From NCBI GenBank assembly GCA_012295275.1, contig CM022671.1:28148001-28212000 (forward strand): a stretch of DNA of 64,000 nucleotides, read 5' to 3'. Within the stretch, counting starts at the first letter, position 1, and every line of letters starts with the position of its first letter. This DNA comes from Chrysomallon squamiferum. Taxonomy: Eukaryota > Animalia > Mollusca. The position numbers were made by a program, and so were the translations under genes. The notes under the pieces were generated by a model, which did not search any database, had not been told where the DNA came from, and saw nothing but the letters and a program-made list of their open reading frames with translations. Shown piece by piece: positions 25,863 to 40,228 of this stretch.

Positions 25863-27576
25863 TTATATTTTTGTATCAATCTCTTCCTTAAGTTTGCCAG
25901 CAGAGTGGGAATCACGTATCTGGCGTTTTTCGTCTTTTGACATGAAGAGAATTTCCACTTCCTCTAGACTTTTTTCTTTTGTTTCAGGTAACAATGCAAC
26001 AACAAATAACAAGCCAAGAGTTGATATCCCTGCAAACAAGTAGAATGTTCCTGAAAAATTAATAAAATATTTTATCAATAATCATATAACTAGATGAACG
26101 TCAACAACAACATCAACAATAAAAAGAGTAATAATAATTTTATAAACTTTTATTATTAATAATAATAACCATACATTGGGGCTAAAAAGCTACATAAACT
26201 TATAGAGATATTAAAAAATGAATGATACAGGTACCGGAATCTGTTTAAATAACTGATAATTCAGAAGCTTTGGCTCATTACAGCTGAATTTATTTTTCAC
26301 ATTAAGAAATCCTGCATTTAAGAATTTAGAAATAAAGAAAGCAAACACTATCATTAATGTTCCTAACTTTGAATTATAATAAATAATGGTAAAAACCAAA
26401 AACATTAATTTTATTATTTTACTTAGACAATATCTAAGGTTACATTAGTTTTTTGTTTTTTTTTATTAATATAACTTTTTCATGATTGTATGAAATTAAT
26501 TTCAAAACAAAAATTACAATAGTTTTGTAGTGAAATAAAATTTAATGCTTACCATACGGAGTAACTTTTTCCGTTAAAGTTAGGAACGTCATGGATACGA
26601 TTAAATTTGTGATCCAAAGAGTGGCAGTGGCAATGGAGACGCATACTCCCCGAGCCCACAGTGGGTAGATTTCTGCATTGATTGTCCAAGGCATTGGTCC
26701 TAAACCTACAACAGAAAGTTGATAATGCATTCCCGAGAACAGTACTATTAAAGGAACAATGTGTTTAAAAAATTCCAAGAAAAGTAAGAAAGAAAATATC
26801 TTTTTCAATTCAAGTGTTACTTTTATATATATATATATATATAACTTTGAACAGAAATCAAATTTAAAAAAAAAAGGGAACGTTTTTCGATAATTTAAAG
26901 TATACAGTTTGTACACCTGATTTTTAAATATATTTTTTATTATTATTATTTAAAAAAAAAAAAAAAAAAAAAAATATTATAAACTGAACTTTTTATTTAT
27001 TTATTTATTTTATTTTTTTAATTTATTTTATTTATTATTATTTGTATTTTAATTATTATTATTGTTATTATTATTATTTATTTATTTTTATTTTATTTTA
27101 TTTAATTTTAATTTTATTTATTTATTTAAATATTTTATTTATTATTATTTAATTTTTTTTCTCTCTCTCGTATCTTTACAAAATGAAAAAAAAAAAATGA
27201 TGTCTAGAATCGTGAAAATTGTTTTAAATTCAGCTTTATGAACCTGGAGCGAATGCCAGAACAAACAGAGTCATTCCCAAGACAGGAATCCAGGTATACT
27301 GATTTGGGCAGTAACCGTACGACCATTTATATATCGAAGATTCTGTAGAAGAATTGCATTTCCCTACCAGGGACGTCATCTCGTTGCGCGCGGGCAAACA
27401 CGTGGAGTGCGCTTCGCCGTCGTAGCAAAACCCACATCCTTTATCTTTGATACACGATTCACAAAAGCTGCAATGCATCAAAACAGATTTTTGTAATTTA
27501 ATATGATTTCAAACATTAAACAGAGAAATGCATCTGTCTAATAATAATTGCAACTATGCAATAAAATAATAATTTA

Positions 27577-27610
<34 letters not shown>

Positions 27611-28311
27611 TCAGATGGATATTCCTTCATTTAAAAAATCGCGCCGAACAAAAATAAAAATGATAAAAAGAGGTAGCCTCTTTATTGTTATCTGCGGATA
27701 TTAGTTTTTTTTTAACTAGACATTTAAATAAATCGTACTCATATTGCTGATGACATCGAGTAATCCGAGTTCCATTGTCGTACGATTCCATTTTAGTCTT
27801 GTTTATAACAGGCGAGTTGATCACTGAGAGCTGGAATCCTATAGCCACCACAATCAGAGACAGTACAACACCTGAAAACATATACATATACATACATATA
27901 TACAGACACCCAGACACATACACACACATACACACACGTGTATATAGTATAATCGAACATTCCATTATAATCATTTTTAAAACAGCGATTTTACAGGCAG
28001 ATTCTTTTCTTCCCTCTTCTCTGTGACTTGCTTCGTCTGTCTTTGCATAATTCACTGTAGCATATAATACTAAACATTTACATTATTCAGTTTTGTAGTG
28101 TATTTCTTTATATAATGTTTTTTCAAATATATGTTATAAGCATAAATATCCTAATATGATTCGTTTATTTGGATTTCATCCTCTAAATGTATTTTTGTTT
28201 TCGGATAAGTACTGGATGAAGTTCGTAATAATTATAACAAATGCTTTCGTCCTGAACTAGTATGTAATTAAATTGCATTCGATAAGTCATACTGTTTAGA
28301 AAACTTATTCT

Positions 28312-28347
<36 letters not shown>

Positions 28348-29017
28348 ACTTCGAGGCGAGTCGAAACCAAAAAAGGACCAATCAGAACGTCCAAGACATT
28401 ATAATTGAAAGTTATTATTAGGATTTCTGGTTTCTGCGCACGTGACCACATTTATAAGAAGCATGCCGACATTCTTACCTCCGATACTAAAACAGAGAGA
28501 CAGCTTCCTTCCGAATCGTTCGACAGCCCATAGACCAAAAAATGTGGCCAGAACCAAAACGGCATTAGGAATACACACCAACCAAATGGCATGTCTCACA
28601 GGAAATCCCGCCATTTTTAATATGGTACCGCTGTAGTAACTGTAAGAGATTAATAATAATAATAAGAAGAAGAAGAATAGGAAGAAGAAGAAGAAGCAGA
28701 AGAAGAAAATAAAACAGTTGTAAAGCAGTTGAATATATTTTAAGTTACTGATTCTTTTCTACGTACAGTAAACAAAACTCAAAGTGTATTTTAGAAAAAA
28801 AAAAGAAATATAACATGGGAAAACATACACGTATTAATTAATAGAACTTGAAAAATATTAATTACTACAATAGTCCTTTTTTTTTTTCTTTTCGGATTTA
28901 TATTGGTGAAGCTTGTAAACTCACTGAGCTCGAATAAATACAGTTAGCTAACGTAACCCAAAACCGTTCTAGCGTTAGTTTTTCCAAACGTCTTATAATT
29001 GCATTTCTCATGTTCAG

Positions 29018-29083
<66 letters not shown>

Positions 29084-29548
29084 AATAAATAATGATTTAA
29101 AATATATTATGTTTATTCTAAATTAGAGACAAACAAATAATAATGTCAATAGACTTACAAAGACTTATGTAATCTAACTCAGATAAATATAATACTAATT
29201 TTCCCTTGACTTGCAAATTATAATCCTTATATTGTTTACTATGCTATATTTAGGATAGCTAATACTCACATAATGCTATTGATTCCACTGAACTGTGCAA
29301 AAACACACAACCCGCATCCTATGAACAGTGCTTTCCTGACGTAAGCTGTCGTAAATATTTGTGTTACCACTCCACTCTTTGTTTGTCGTTCTTCAGTGTT
29401 AGAAATAAAATAAAGTTTATTTATTTATTTATTTATTTTGTTGTTGTTATTTTTGTTTTTGTTGTTATTGCTGGAGTTGTTATGCATACAAACACGTTCA
29501 CCACACAGATGACACCCTCATATTTAAAACATTACGTCTGTCGTAAAA

Positions 29549-29579
<31 letters not shown>

Positions 29580-32500
29580 GGCTGTCTGGCAGCGCTATTC
29601 TACAGTACATACGAAACAGAAAACGGTGGGTAATATTTCATAAATAACAAAGAATATTAAGTGCATTCTAATTAACGTCAGGTCGTTGAACGGTCGGTCA
29701 GAATGCGTAACCCGGTCGTAAGTGGGTTCAAGATAAGTGGGTTAGATCTCGATTGAATTTTTGATGGATGATGAGATCGATAAACGTAGAAGCCCACTGT
29801 GAAGGTTTACATTCTAGACATGACTCCAAACTATCAAAAACCCTGGTTTGGGGAATCGCTTATAAAATTCGTTTTCTTAATTATTAATAACCTTAATGCG
29901 ATGTCTGTTGATATTTTTTTTTTTTTTTTTTTTATGTAACTATTATAAAATCAAAATCTATTAACTTGTTAATGTTAAATTATGCCGAGTGTCTTAAAAC
30001 AATTATTCATTTATTATATTTTTACACACACACACACATACTGAGCATATTCACTCTTAATGAAACTGAATAGCTACCCATATCTGATTTCACTGTTTCA
30101 ATGATCGAAGACAGCGACATTTCGACTTCGTCTGCTCTGCTAACACGTTCTAGAACAGCACGTGCTTCCTCCTGGCGTCCCTTGATAACGAGCCACCGCG
30201 GACTTTCAGGAAGAAACACGAAGGAGATGAACTGAATTAAAGCTGGCAGAGCTCCCAGACCCAACATGTATCTGAAATGGGTTTAAATGTTAACATTGAT
30301 TTTTGGAAACAGTTATCGACGTCGTTCTTCTTTCTCTTATTATTATTATTATTATTATTATTATCATCATCATCATCATTAGTGGTAGTAGTAACAGTTA
30401 CAGTAATATTTTGATTTAGGTGTATATTACTTCATACATTATGTACATATAAGCACTTACACGTTTATACACGCCAAACAAATGTGCATCCATACTGATA
30501 TAGACAGTCAAACAGATGCAGACAGATAAAACTCGGACACACCCATGCACCCACACTTATACACACATATATATACACAGACCACCTCTATCTGTTGATA
30601 TATGTTAATATATATACACAGGGCCGGCGTCAAGCGATGGCATGCAGAAGGAGGGGTGTCGAACGGGCGGTGGCACCGGACATCCAAATTGGGGGGCATC
30701 CAATCAGAGAAAAGAACTTAATAAATTTGATTAATTTATATATAAATCAAATAAAGTGTTTAGTTTATGTTTCATCTGTGTTTACATATTCAAATTATCT
30801 TCCTTTCTCATAGAATTTCTCAGTATTAGGCCTTATACTTGAGTCTTTGGGGCATACAATCAAGGAGTTGGCCCCGGCCTCACCAGACTGCACGTCACTG
30901 CGCCTTAGGCAAGGTTAGATTCCGGCAAAATTAAGACTAGAATAAACAAACATAAATACAGACATTAATGATGAACCAGCAGCTTAATGGACAGTTGAAC
31001 AGTCACTCAATACGAATATACCTGAAACCCAGTTTAGCTGAGGGATAAATGTAGTCATTTAAATATCCCACACAGGCCATTTCTTTCCTTGTTTATACAT
31101 TAAAATAAGGAGTTACCATTTTGGTTTCCGCGGCAAACTGAAGGTTTCGTATACGCGTGGTTCTACGGAAACACTCATAGCCTATAAAAACACACGTCCT
31201 GATGGTTTCGTGTACGCGTGATTTTCACTCTTATTTTGCTTGTTCCGGTCAGCCTGGCATTTCGGATTTGTTTCTGTATGGAATAAACGAGGATAAAAAA
31301 AAAAAAAAAAAAACCTAAATAAAGCTGAAATTTATTTATTTATTTTTACAGAACTGTTGTTGATTTGGAAAAAACTGCGCCCCCTGAAATAGTGCCCTAG
31401 GTGGCTGCCTATATTGTATCGCCGGCCCTGTATATATTTATATATATATATATATATATCCGTGCGGACATATTTCCATACATATGTCGCATGATCGTCC
31501 TTCTAGAGTTCCATGAAATACAGTGAAACTGGTTTATCAAAGCGTGCTAAATACTATACGGAGACGCTTATCAAAGATCCAAGGCTACTAAGTCTTAACA
31601 TTAGGGCCGATTCTGAACGACCTTTCTATTTCATCATTATGCAAATAACGTACGAGTGACATTTAATAACCGTTACAGTTAAACTGTGCTATGGTATCTT
31701 CAAGCGTATAATGTTTAATTTATTCGCGTAAACACGTATCGTTACATGCATGCACATATGCACACACTGGAAAACGCAAAAGATGCATCATGTTTCCCTG
31801 TTAATGTAAGCATATTTCTTAAGTACCTCCATCCCGTCGTCTTGTTTTCACTCAAGAGTCCAGCCATGATACTGGATAGCAAAATTCCGATACATATAAA
31901 CAGCTGATTCAACGTTACTAGACGTCCGCGAATGTCAGGGGGAGATGACTCTGCAATGTACACTGGAACCATCATCGAGGTGATACCTAATTTAAATGTT
32001 CAATAATATTTTGAAAATCAAAAAAAAAAAATATATATATATATATATCAAATGCATTCTTAAAATAAAATTTAATATTTCTAAAACATTTATATTCAAA
32101 AACATACTGAAAACAAAAAGTTCAGTTGGCTCCATACTATATTAAATTAGTATCGTAACCTTACAAAATTTCTTTAAAAAAAAACAAAAAAAAAACGAAA
32201 AACAGAACAAGGAAATAAAGAAAAAAAAAACGTTATTATTGTTAATAGCATAGAAATTAAAAAAAAAGGTATGGGGTGACTTACCTACAGCAACGCCTAC
32301 AACCACTCGTCCCACGAACAACACCTCTTTGGTCGGTGCCACCGCCATGACAACAGATCCAATGATGAATATAACATTGGAGATCATAATCGTTTTCTTG
32401 CGTCCAAGAAGATCTCCAATGTGACCAGAGCACAGAGAGGCCACGGCGGCGGCTGCAATGGTTCCGCTCACGATCAGTTCGTGCCAGATCGACTGAAGGT

Positions 32501-32621
32501 TGAAATAAGGCTCGATTAACAGCATTGAACCGGAGACGATGCCGGTGTCGTAGCCAAATAGCAGACCTCCTAACGTGGCACATCCTGCCAGTATATAAAC
32601 AAACGTACGTTGAACGGCCAT
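25863..32621 (-). CDS. SLC2A13: Proton myo-inositol cotransporter-like sugar porter (MFS), divergent paralog A
   Basis: Nine exons, approx. 32285-32621, 31828-31986, 30078-30271, 29270-29390, 28479-28639, 27738-27871, 27244-27468, 26552-26705, 25863-26050. Motifs GGLLFGYDTG, DLLGRKK, PVYIAESSP, PESPRWL, ERFGRK, the HMIT-type Cys-rich loop (CESCIKDKGCGFCY...YCP), PMPWTINAEIYPLWARG and LPETK. The exon 3 donor is ambiguous (30078 or 30042). Confidence 0.9.
29020..29092. repeat. (TAA)n/(TAAA)n microsatellite
   Basis: Direct reading of the sequence. Confidence 0.9.
30619..31430. mobile_element. Non-autonomous DNA transposon (MITE, hAT-like termini) in sugar-porter A intron 2
   Basis: Perfect 11-bp terminal inverted repeats CAGGGCCGGCG (30619-30629) / CGCCGGCCCTG (31420-31430), 812 bp. 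Flanks TATATACA / TATATATT match 6 of 8, a possible decayed 8-bp target duplication. No transposase ORF. Confidence 0.75.
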
Positions 32622-33990
32622 TTCAAAGTTTCTAAAGTCTGTTCTGCTGCAGTAGTAAAATTCTGAGACCAACAATAGTAATAACTGCTATCAGTTTTAA
32701 TTGTGGATCAGTTTTCAGTCCTCCAGTGACCCGGCTTGGCCAGCGTCTTAATTAGACGTGCTCAAATGTGTGCAGTGTGTGAGAACTTGCAACACAGTAC
32801 GACGAAGTCAGCTGAGGTTATTATACTGACCGACTTCGAAGTAGAGGTGGGTCGAGACAGATACTTTACCTCAGACCGAGGAACACTGGGATCGTATCCA
32901 GCTTGGTCCTCATACCCAGAAATAATTAACAGTATTAGTATATTACTCAGTGATAGTTAAGAATTGTAGCTGAGTAAGGTATATTTTGTTACGCACAACA
33001 AAGAATTGTACAAATGTGAGACGCGAGTATCAGATCCTAAAAAAACATCCAACATTTTAAAAATAAGTGAATCTGTGTCGCTAATCGGGGCTAAGTTGAA
33101 TCTCTGATCATAGCATAATCATATACATTTTATTATTGCCGTATATATAACTTTTTATCCTGTGATAACTGCGAAATGCAGTATAATATGATTTATTTTC
33201 CATTGATAATTATTAATTATAACGTAATGTATTGCGGATAAATATTTTTTGATATTCATTAATTTCTGTCATAAGCAAGACCTTTTCTATGCATCAGCTG
33301 GACTCTTCTGATATGCATTGTGTATGTGCACGTGTGTGTATGTTCGTGTGTGTATATGTATGTATGTATGGATGGATGAACATATGCATTTATGTAGGTA
33401 TTGTATATATATATACGTTTGTATGGATGTAATTGTATGTACGTATATATATAAAATATATATATATATATGGATGGATGCATGTATGTATGTATGTATG
33501 AATGTATATACGCCCGTTTATTACATCAACGAAATTGTATAGATTATATGATATGTGCTATATTTGTGTTTGAAGCATTTTAGATGTTTTAAAAATAAAA
33601 CGTAAATGCAAAATAATAAATGGACATATTAAAAGATTTATCACATTAATACATTTTCAGAATATTTTATTTTACATAACAATTTATAAAAGAACTAGAA
33701 TAAAATATCTGTAAATATAATTATAACAATTAACTTATTATTCCAAAAGAGCAACATATAAAGATAAAAACATCATATATATACACACACACACACATAC
33801 ACAAGCAATCACGCACACTCAAACCAAAGACACAGACCTTGTGTACACACAGAAATAACGTTTAAATCTTGATTATATTCATGATCTAGTATTTTATTAA
33901 CAACGACCGTAAAATTACCACAAGTGTATGAATTCTTTGTTCATGTTATTTATGTTACTATTGATCTAATGTGATATACCCAACGCTTTA

Positions 33991-34857
33991 TCACATTTTA
34001 GTCACTTCCACAGATTTAGTATAATCGTTTTCACTTGGAATTTCTATTTCGTATACCCCTATGTTTTCCTGCAGTTGTTCCCGCTCTTTCTTTGACATAA
34101 ACAGTAATTGCACTTCCTCCAGAGTTTTGTTCTTAGTCTCTGGCAAGAAAATTATTGTAAAGATCATCCCAGCGAAACAGATGCTTGCAAATAACCAAAA
34201 TGTACCTGGAATTGTAATGAAAGAAATTAATATCCACTGTTTGCAAAGATTAAGTAACGGAAAAATACTACTCAGTTTATGTGATACAGGATGATACAGA
34301 GATTTAAAAAAAAGCTGATGTATTGTTTGTTTAAAACAGATTTATAATTTTTGTCGTTATTTTGCTTTGATTAAGTCCATAATTAAATTCTGAATAGAAC
34401 TGACTGTACTGTTATTAACTTCTGAGCTTTGTTAATAAAGATTCAGAAAGGTAATTAGTGCATTTTCTTTTTTTGTTTTTTCTTTTCTTAAATTAAACAA
34501 TATTCTATTATTTATTTTATTTTAAATTAAACAATATTCTATTACTTTTTTCTTTTCTTTTTGTTTAAACTAAATATAATAATCATTTCTTTTTTTTTTT
34601 CCATATATGGGCTATATATTTCATCAGCCCGTTAAGTATACATAATATGTGTGTGAAAGTGTAATATTTACCATATGTCGTAATTGTTTCAGTTAGTGTC
34701 AGAAAGGTGAAGGATACGACAAGATTGAAAATCCAGTTGACGGCGGTTGTCATAGCAATACATGTACTTCGTGCCCACAGAGGGAATATTTCAGAGTTTA
34801 TTGTCCATGGCATTGGCCCCAGACCTTGAATAAAGTAACGATAATCAGTAATTGTAA

Positions 34858-34906
<49 letters not shown>

Positions 34907-35886
34907 TGCTACTACATATTAAATACAACATCTATTTTTAACAAATGAATTAGAATAAGATTATTAACGAACAGAAATAAAAATTATAAGATATAATTTA
35001 ATAAAAAAATAAAGAAGCATACAATTAAATTTCAGCAACATCAAACTAATTAATGTCGTAAAACTAATCACATAGTAATTTAAAGAATAGTAACAAACAA
35101 AACAAGTTAAGAATATGTACCTGGTGCAAACGAAACAACGAACATGGCCAGCCCCAAAACAGCCATCCACGAATAGTCTGTGGGGCAGTAACCTTGTGCC
35201 CAGTGCATTCCGGAAGAGGAAACACCGACAGCGTTACAGCGGCCATATTCAGCTCTTTCCTCTTTCTTATCCATTTGAGCTGGTAAGCACGTTCCGTTGG
35301 CGATGTCATCGTAGCAAAATCCACACCGACTGTCTCTGATGCAGTCGTTGCAGATGCTGAAAACAGTTACATAAATGTTTAGGTTTTCAAAGAATAAACT
35401 AAACATTTGTTGAAAAATAACATCATGTGCGTTTTAAAAATACAATTTTATTTCAAAACTTTTCACCGCCAATAAGCTATTACCATTATTTTGCTAATAT
35501 CTGATGTTCCTAAATATGTGAAGATATAAAGAAATAATTGCATGTGTATCTGATTCATCCAGATAAATTTTATGAACTAAGTTAATTATTTTTGTGGATG
35601 TTTTCATTTTAATTTTTTGGCCAGTGTTTAGTTTTTGTTTGTATTTGATTCATTTATTAATTGTGAACTTCATTTAAAATGTTATTAGATTAACTTTATT
35701 TAATCATTTAAATAAATGAAAGGATAAATAAATACTGACGAATATTTGACGTAGCAGCTGTCAGTGATGACTGTGTCGTTTCCATCGTACGTTTCTGTGA
35801 TGTTGGTGTTGATTTGTGGCGAATTGTTTGCTGATAACTGAAATCCGATCGCCAAAATGCCAAGGGAAATAACCACTCCTACGGAG

Positions 35887-35941
<55 letters not shown>

Positions 35942-37633
35942 GAAATTTTAAAGTGATTTGAAACTGAATTACCTTTCAAATACATATTGAATATTGCAGT
36001 TTTATATTTATTATTATTACTTAAAATTATTATTATTAATTAATTTCAATTTACATTAATATCCATTGCATTAATACTTGAAAACAATGCAGAATTTTAC
36101 TTACTGAAAGGACCTTTTACAGAAAATAGAATATCCTAAAATAATTATAGTATATTAATCATTTGCTTTATGTGGTAAACTATTAAACGAGTTCAAACAT
36201 CTATTTAGATGTTAGGACAGAGATGGGATTTTACCTGCAAAACTAATCACAATCAATAATTTACGACCAAATCTCTCCACAGCCCAAAGACCGATGAAAG
36301 TCGACAAGAAGTTTATTGTGTCAGGAACCATCACCAACCAAATTGCATATCTAACCGGAAATCCCGCCATTTTTAGAATAGATGCGCTGTAATATCTGCA
36401 AAAGTCAGTACTTTCCGAAAAGTTCTAATAATTACGGTTATAATTATCACTAAAAACAATGCCAAAACAATTATTTTTCGATGACATAATCTTGTGTTCT
36501 TATCAGATTCAAAAAACCATGTTAGATCTAACATTTAATTGTACGGCCTTTTGACTAGTACGATATAAAACCAAATATACTAATTAAAGTTACAGGTAAC
36601 TCATTGCAAACGCGTTGATCTACATTAAATGGTATACTGTAATGTGGAATACGTCAAGGTTATTTTGATACGCAAATACTGGTTGTTAATCGACACTGAA
36701 CTTTATGATTGTCGCGATGTAAGTGCCTAAAGTGCTCATTTTCACGTCTAGGGGGTGAGTAAATACAAATTGTAACAATAATTTATTATAAATTCATTGG
36801 ATAAATAGCAATCAACAAGTGTGCAGGTTCAGTTATTTATTTATTTACAAACATTTTGTATTTTGTAATAATATGCAAGAAATAAAAGCAGTTAAATTAT
36901 TTAAAATACGGAATCAGCTGAATCCTAATTAAAGACGGAATCTGTCGGAGAGAATCTAATTACGTTGATATGCCGTTATTTATATTAAACAAGTTATGTT
37001 ATTTATATTAAACAAATGCGCCATTGGTAACACAGAAAACACTGCATAATGTCGGTACCAAAAACAATGTAGAAAAGTATCTTGCCAAACGCTTATCGAA
37101 GCAAGGTCAAAGTTTCAATGTTCTCTCTCGAAACCTCCGTGTTCATCAAAGGAACCACCTGGTTCAGTAGATGCCTGCTTATCTTTGCTTCTTCTCAGAC
37201 CCCGATGTCCGTATATATTACATTCTTGCGGACGTTAATGAAAACCATGGAATGAAAGAATGAAAAGACGGAAAATTTCAAAACTATGTTTCTTTCTCAC
37301 ACAAAAAAAAAACCTCCATATTTTGGACGATAATTTACTTAATTTAGAAATTTAAAAACTACCTTAAAGAGTTCGTCATCGCGTACTTTCCTGTAAAAAG
37401 ATGTTACTGATGGTCAAACAGAACTTTAATTATCTGCAATTATCAATAATATATGCAACAGAAATATATCTACTGAAACACAGTTTCATAGATATGCGGG
37501 TTTATGTCTTCGTCGCAAAGGTAACTAATTACGATTATTTTCAAAGCTGAATTCGAATTTATTGTCCGCAAATTCGTCCTTTATTTAATTGGATTTGATA
37601 CCATGAGCGACTTATTCAAGCACACTATTCATT

Positions 37634-37677
<44 letters not shown>

Positions 37678-40190
37678 TGTATGTATATATATATTTATAC
37701 ACATACATATTTGCTGATTCTTATAAGAGTTAATAGATCTGTTTTTCTTACTTACATGACAGTGTTTATTCCACAGAGCTGCTGGAAAAGCTGAAGTCCA
37801 GCTCCAACAAAGAGAGCTTTCATCACGTATGGAGTACTACACACTTTACCCAGAACGAAACCTAAAAAAACAGATTTTAAAAATACATTTTCACAAGTCA
37901 AGAATATACGCTTACAAACACGAAGTCTGGATTAGTTGTTTTCGTTTTTATTTATTGAATTGACATTTTTACCATGTTTGGACTGTTTATCTTGATCGAT
38001 GCCTTTCTGTATATCTTCAAGTTCTTTGCTGACGTCATCATGTCCTCTAATTCTCACAAGTACAGCACGAGCATCTGTACCTCGTCCTTTGCTCAGAAGC
38101 CAGCGCGGACTTTCAGGAAGAAAGAAGAATCCGAAGAATTGTACCATCCCAGGCAAACCGGCTAATCCAAGCATATACCTGTAAAAAAAAAAAAAAAAAA
38201 AAAAAAACACAATACAAACACGTTTAATATAATTATTCTGTAAGAATGAAACATTTAAAGGGAAAACAAAAAGAGTTAAACAGTGTATAATATTAATATT
38301 ACAATCTAGAAAATAAGTATTTTTAAATTATAAGTACTAATGGTAGACTATATTAAGCAGTAACAGATAAACAATTTCCATCTAGCTGTTTATAGTGTAG
38401 CATAAGCGGATAAAAAAAAACCCACAAAAAACCTACAAAATTCACGTGTTGCTATCACTGTGATAAATCTAATTTTAAAATGAAACGATTTGCATTACAT
38501 AGAAAAGAAGAAGAACACGAAGAAAAATAACAGCCAAAACAAAACAAAACAAAAATTCGATTGCCAAAAGAATATAAAGGCAAATCAAGGGGCACAAATG
38601 TGTCCCAGCCCAATGGATCCGGGTACACAGAATCACTGCATTACCTCCAGCCTGTGTCCTTTATCTCGCTGAACGCACCAGCAATCAACGCGGAAAGGAT
38701 GATGCCTATTGTTATAAACAACTGGTTCAAGGTCACCAGACGACCTCTGATAGGAGTTGGGGCGACTTCAGCCACATACACGGGAACAGTCATGGAAGCA
38801 AATCCTGAAAATAAAATATTTTGAGTCTAAATTTAACACTTCTAAGATAGTTAATGACTTAATGATAAATTTAATTCTTAATTTATGATCTACGGTTTAT
38901 TGCTGTTGAAGTATACTAGATTTAACATTCTAACATTTTAATTTTGACGTACTATAATCAACGATGGAAATGGGTTTTAGGAATCAGAACAGGGTTTAAA
39001 AAGTTCATGAGGCCCAGGCTGGGAAAGACTGGACTGTTAGACATTGTAAGTCCCTCCGTGAAAATCTTTTTGTAATCTGAAAATGCAATTTGTTATTGCG
39101 GGCTGATAATAGAAAAAGAATTAACTAATCTATAACGTGCCCTTATCTAAAGACTGTCGTAACAGTTTCCAATCAGGAAGTTCGTATACACATTTATTAG
39201 CTCACTGAACACAAAATGTGTTTTTGATTTCCATTAAGATGCCTTTATATGTTGTTTAAAAGAAATGAGTGAAATATTGCAAGAATGACTTTTTATTTCC
39301 TAGACAAAGATTAGCTAATAAACGTGTTTGACTCTGCACTAGTACAGAAATAGGACATAAACCGGAAGCTAAAAACTAGGAGAGCGCCCACCCCCCGTTT
39401 CCATCAATGACTGTTTTTCTTGTTAAACTGTCTGACGGTGTGCTTACCTGACCTTCTCAGAATAATCAAGTAATCTCCCACAGTTATATCAGTTTTTCAT
39501 CGAAAAATATTGTAATTTGTCAAAAAAAGTGTTTTAATAAATCAAGCAACCCTATAAGATTTGCCGTTTCCGCCAATAACTTGTCTGTATTCGATTTTGA
39601 GTGACAGTGCTTCAAAGCATTGTATTTTTATTAGACAGCGAACAGTAAAATTATAGATCACTGCTAAGGGTTTATTCAAAGTACTTTGGGCAAAAATGGA
39701 ACATAACATGTTATTACATCGGAAAGGACCTCGAGGTAGCAATCTAGTCAAAAGAGTGGACTAGATGGTGTATTGCGGAACTGTAATCTAGACAAACTGT
39801 ATCAAATGCAGTTTTTTTTTTTATAAAGATGTTTTGGTCACTTTTACATGATAAAGAGATTTAAGTATACGCTTTAATTCTTTCGGCGAATTTAATTATA
39901 TAATTCGCAGATTATCGTTTTTATTTAATATCTATTTATAAAATAAGCTTCATGCTTTATAAAATATAAACAAGTATTAATATTTTATTATTAAACTATT
40001 ATTATTTTCTTCTTTTTTCCATACATGTTGTCTTACAGTAGTTTTTATTTGTTTTTATTTTAAATATATCACTGTATCAATAAAAACTTACCTTCAATAA
40101 ATATTTTCAAACATTATTTTATTAAAAGATTTGAAAATTTCTACTTAAAGTAATATTGAAAAACAATAAAACAAAATAAAAAACAGTAAA

Positions 40191-40228
<38 letters not shown>

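Noticed and set aside
29670-29860. tRNA gene or tRNA-derived SINE (GGTTCAAG B-box-like)
   Set aside because: No cloverleaf or clear A box could be built. Possibly a repeat fragment, but not supportable from this window.
25863-32621. Sugar-porter A as a pseudogene
   Set aside because: All nine exons splice in frame with no stops seen, and structural and proton-coupling motifs are preserved.
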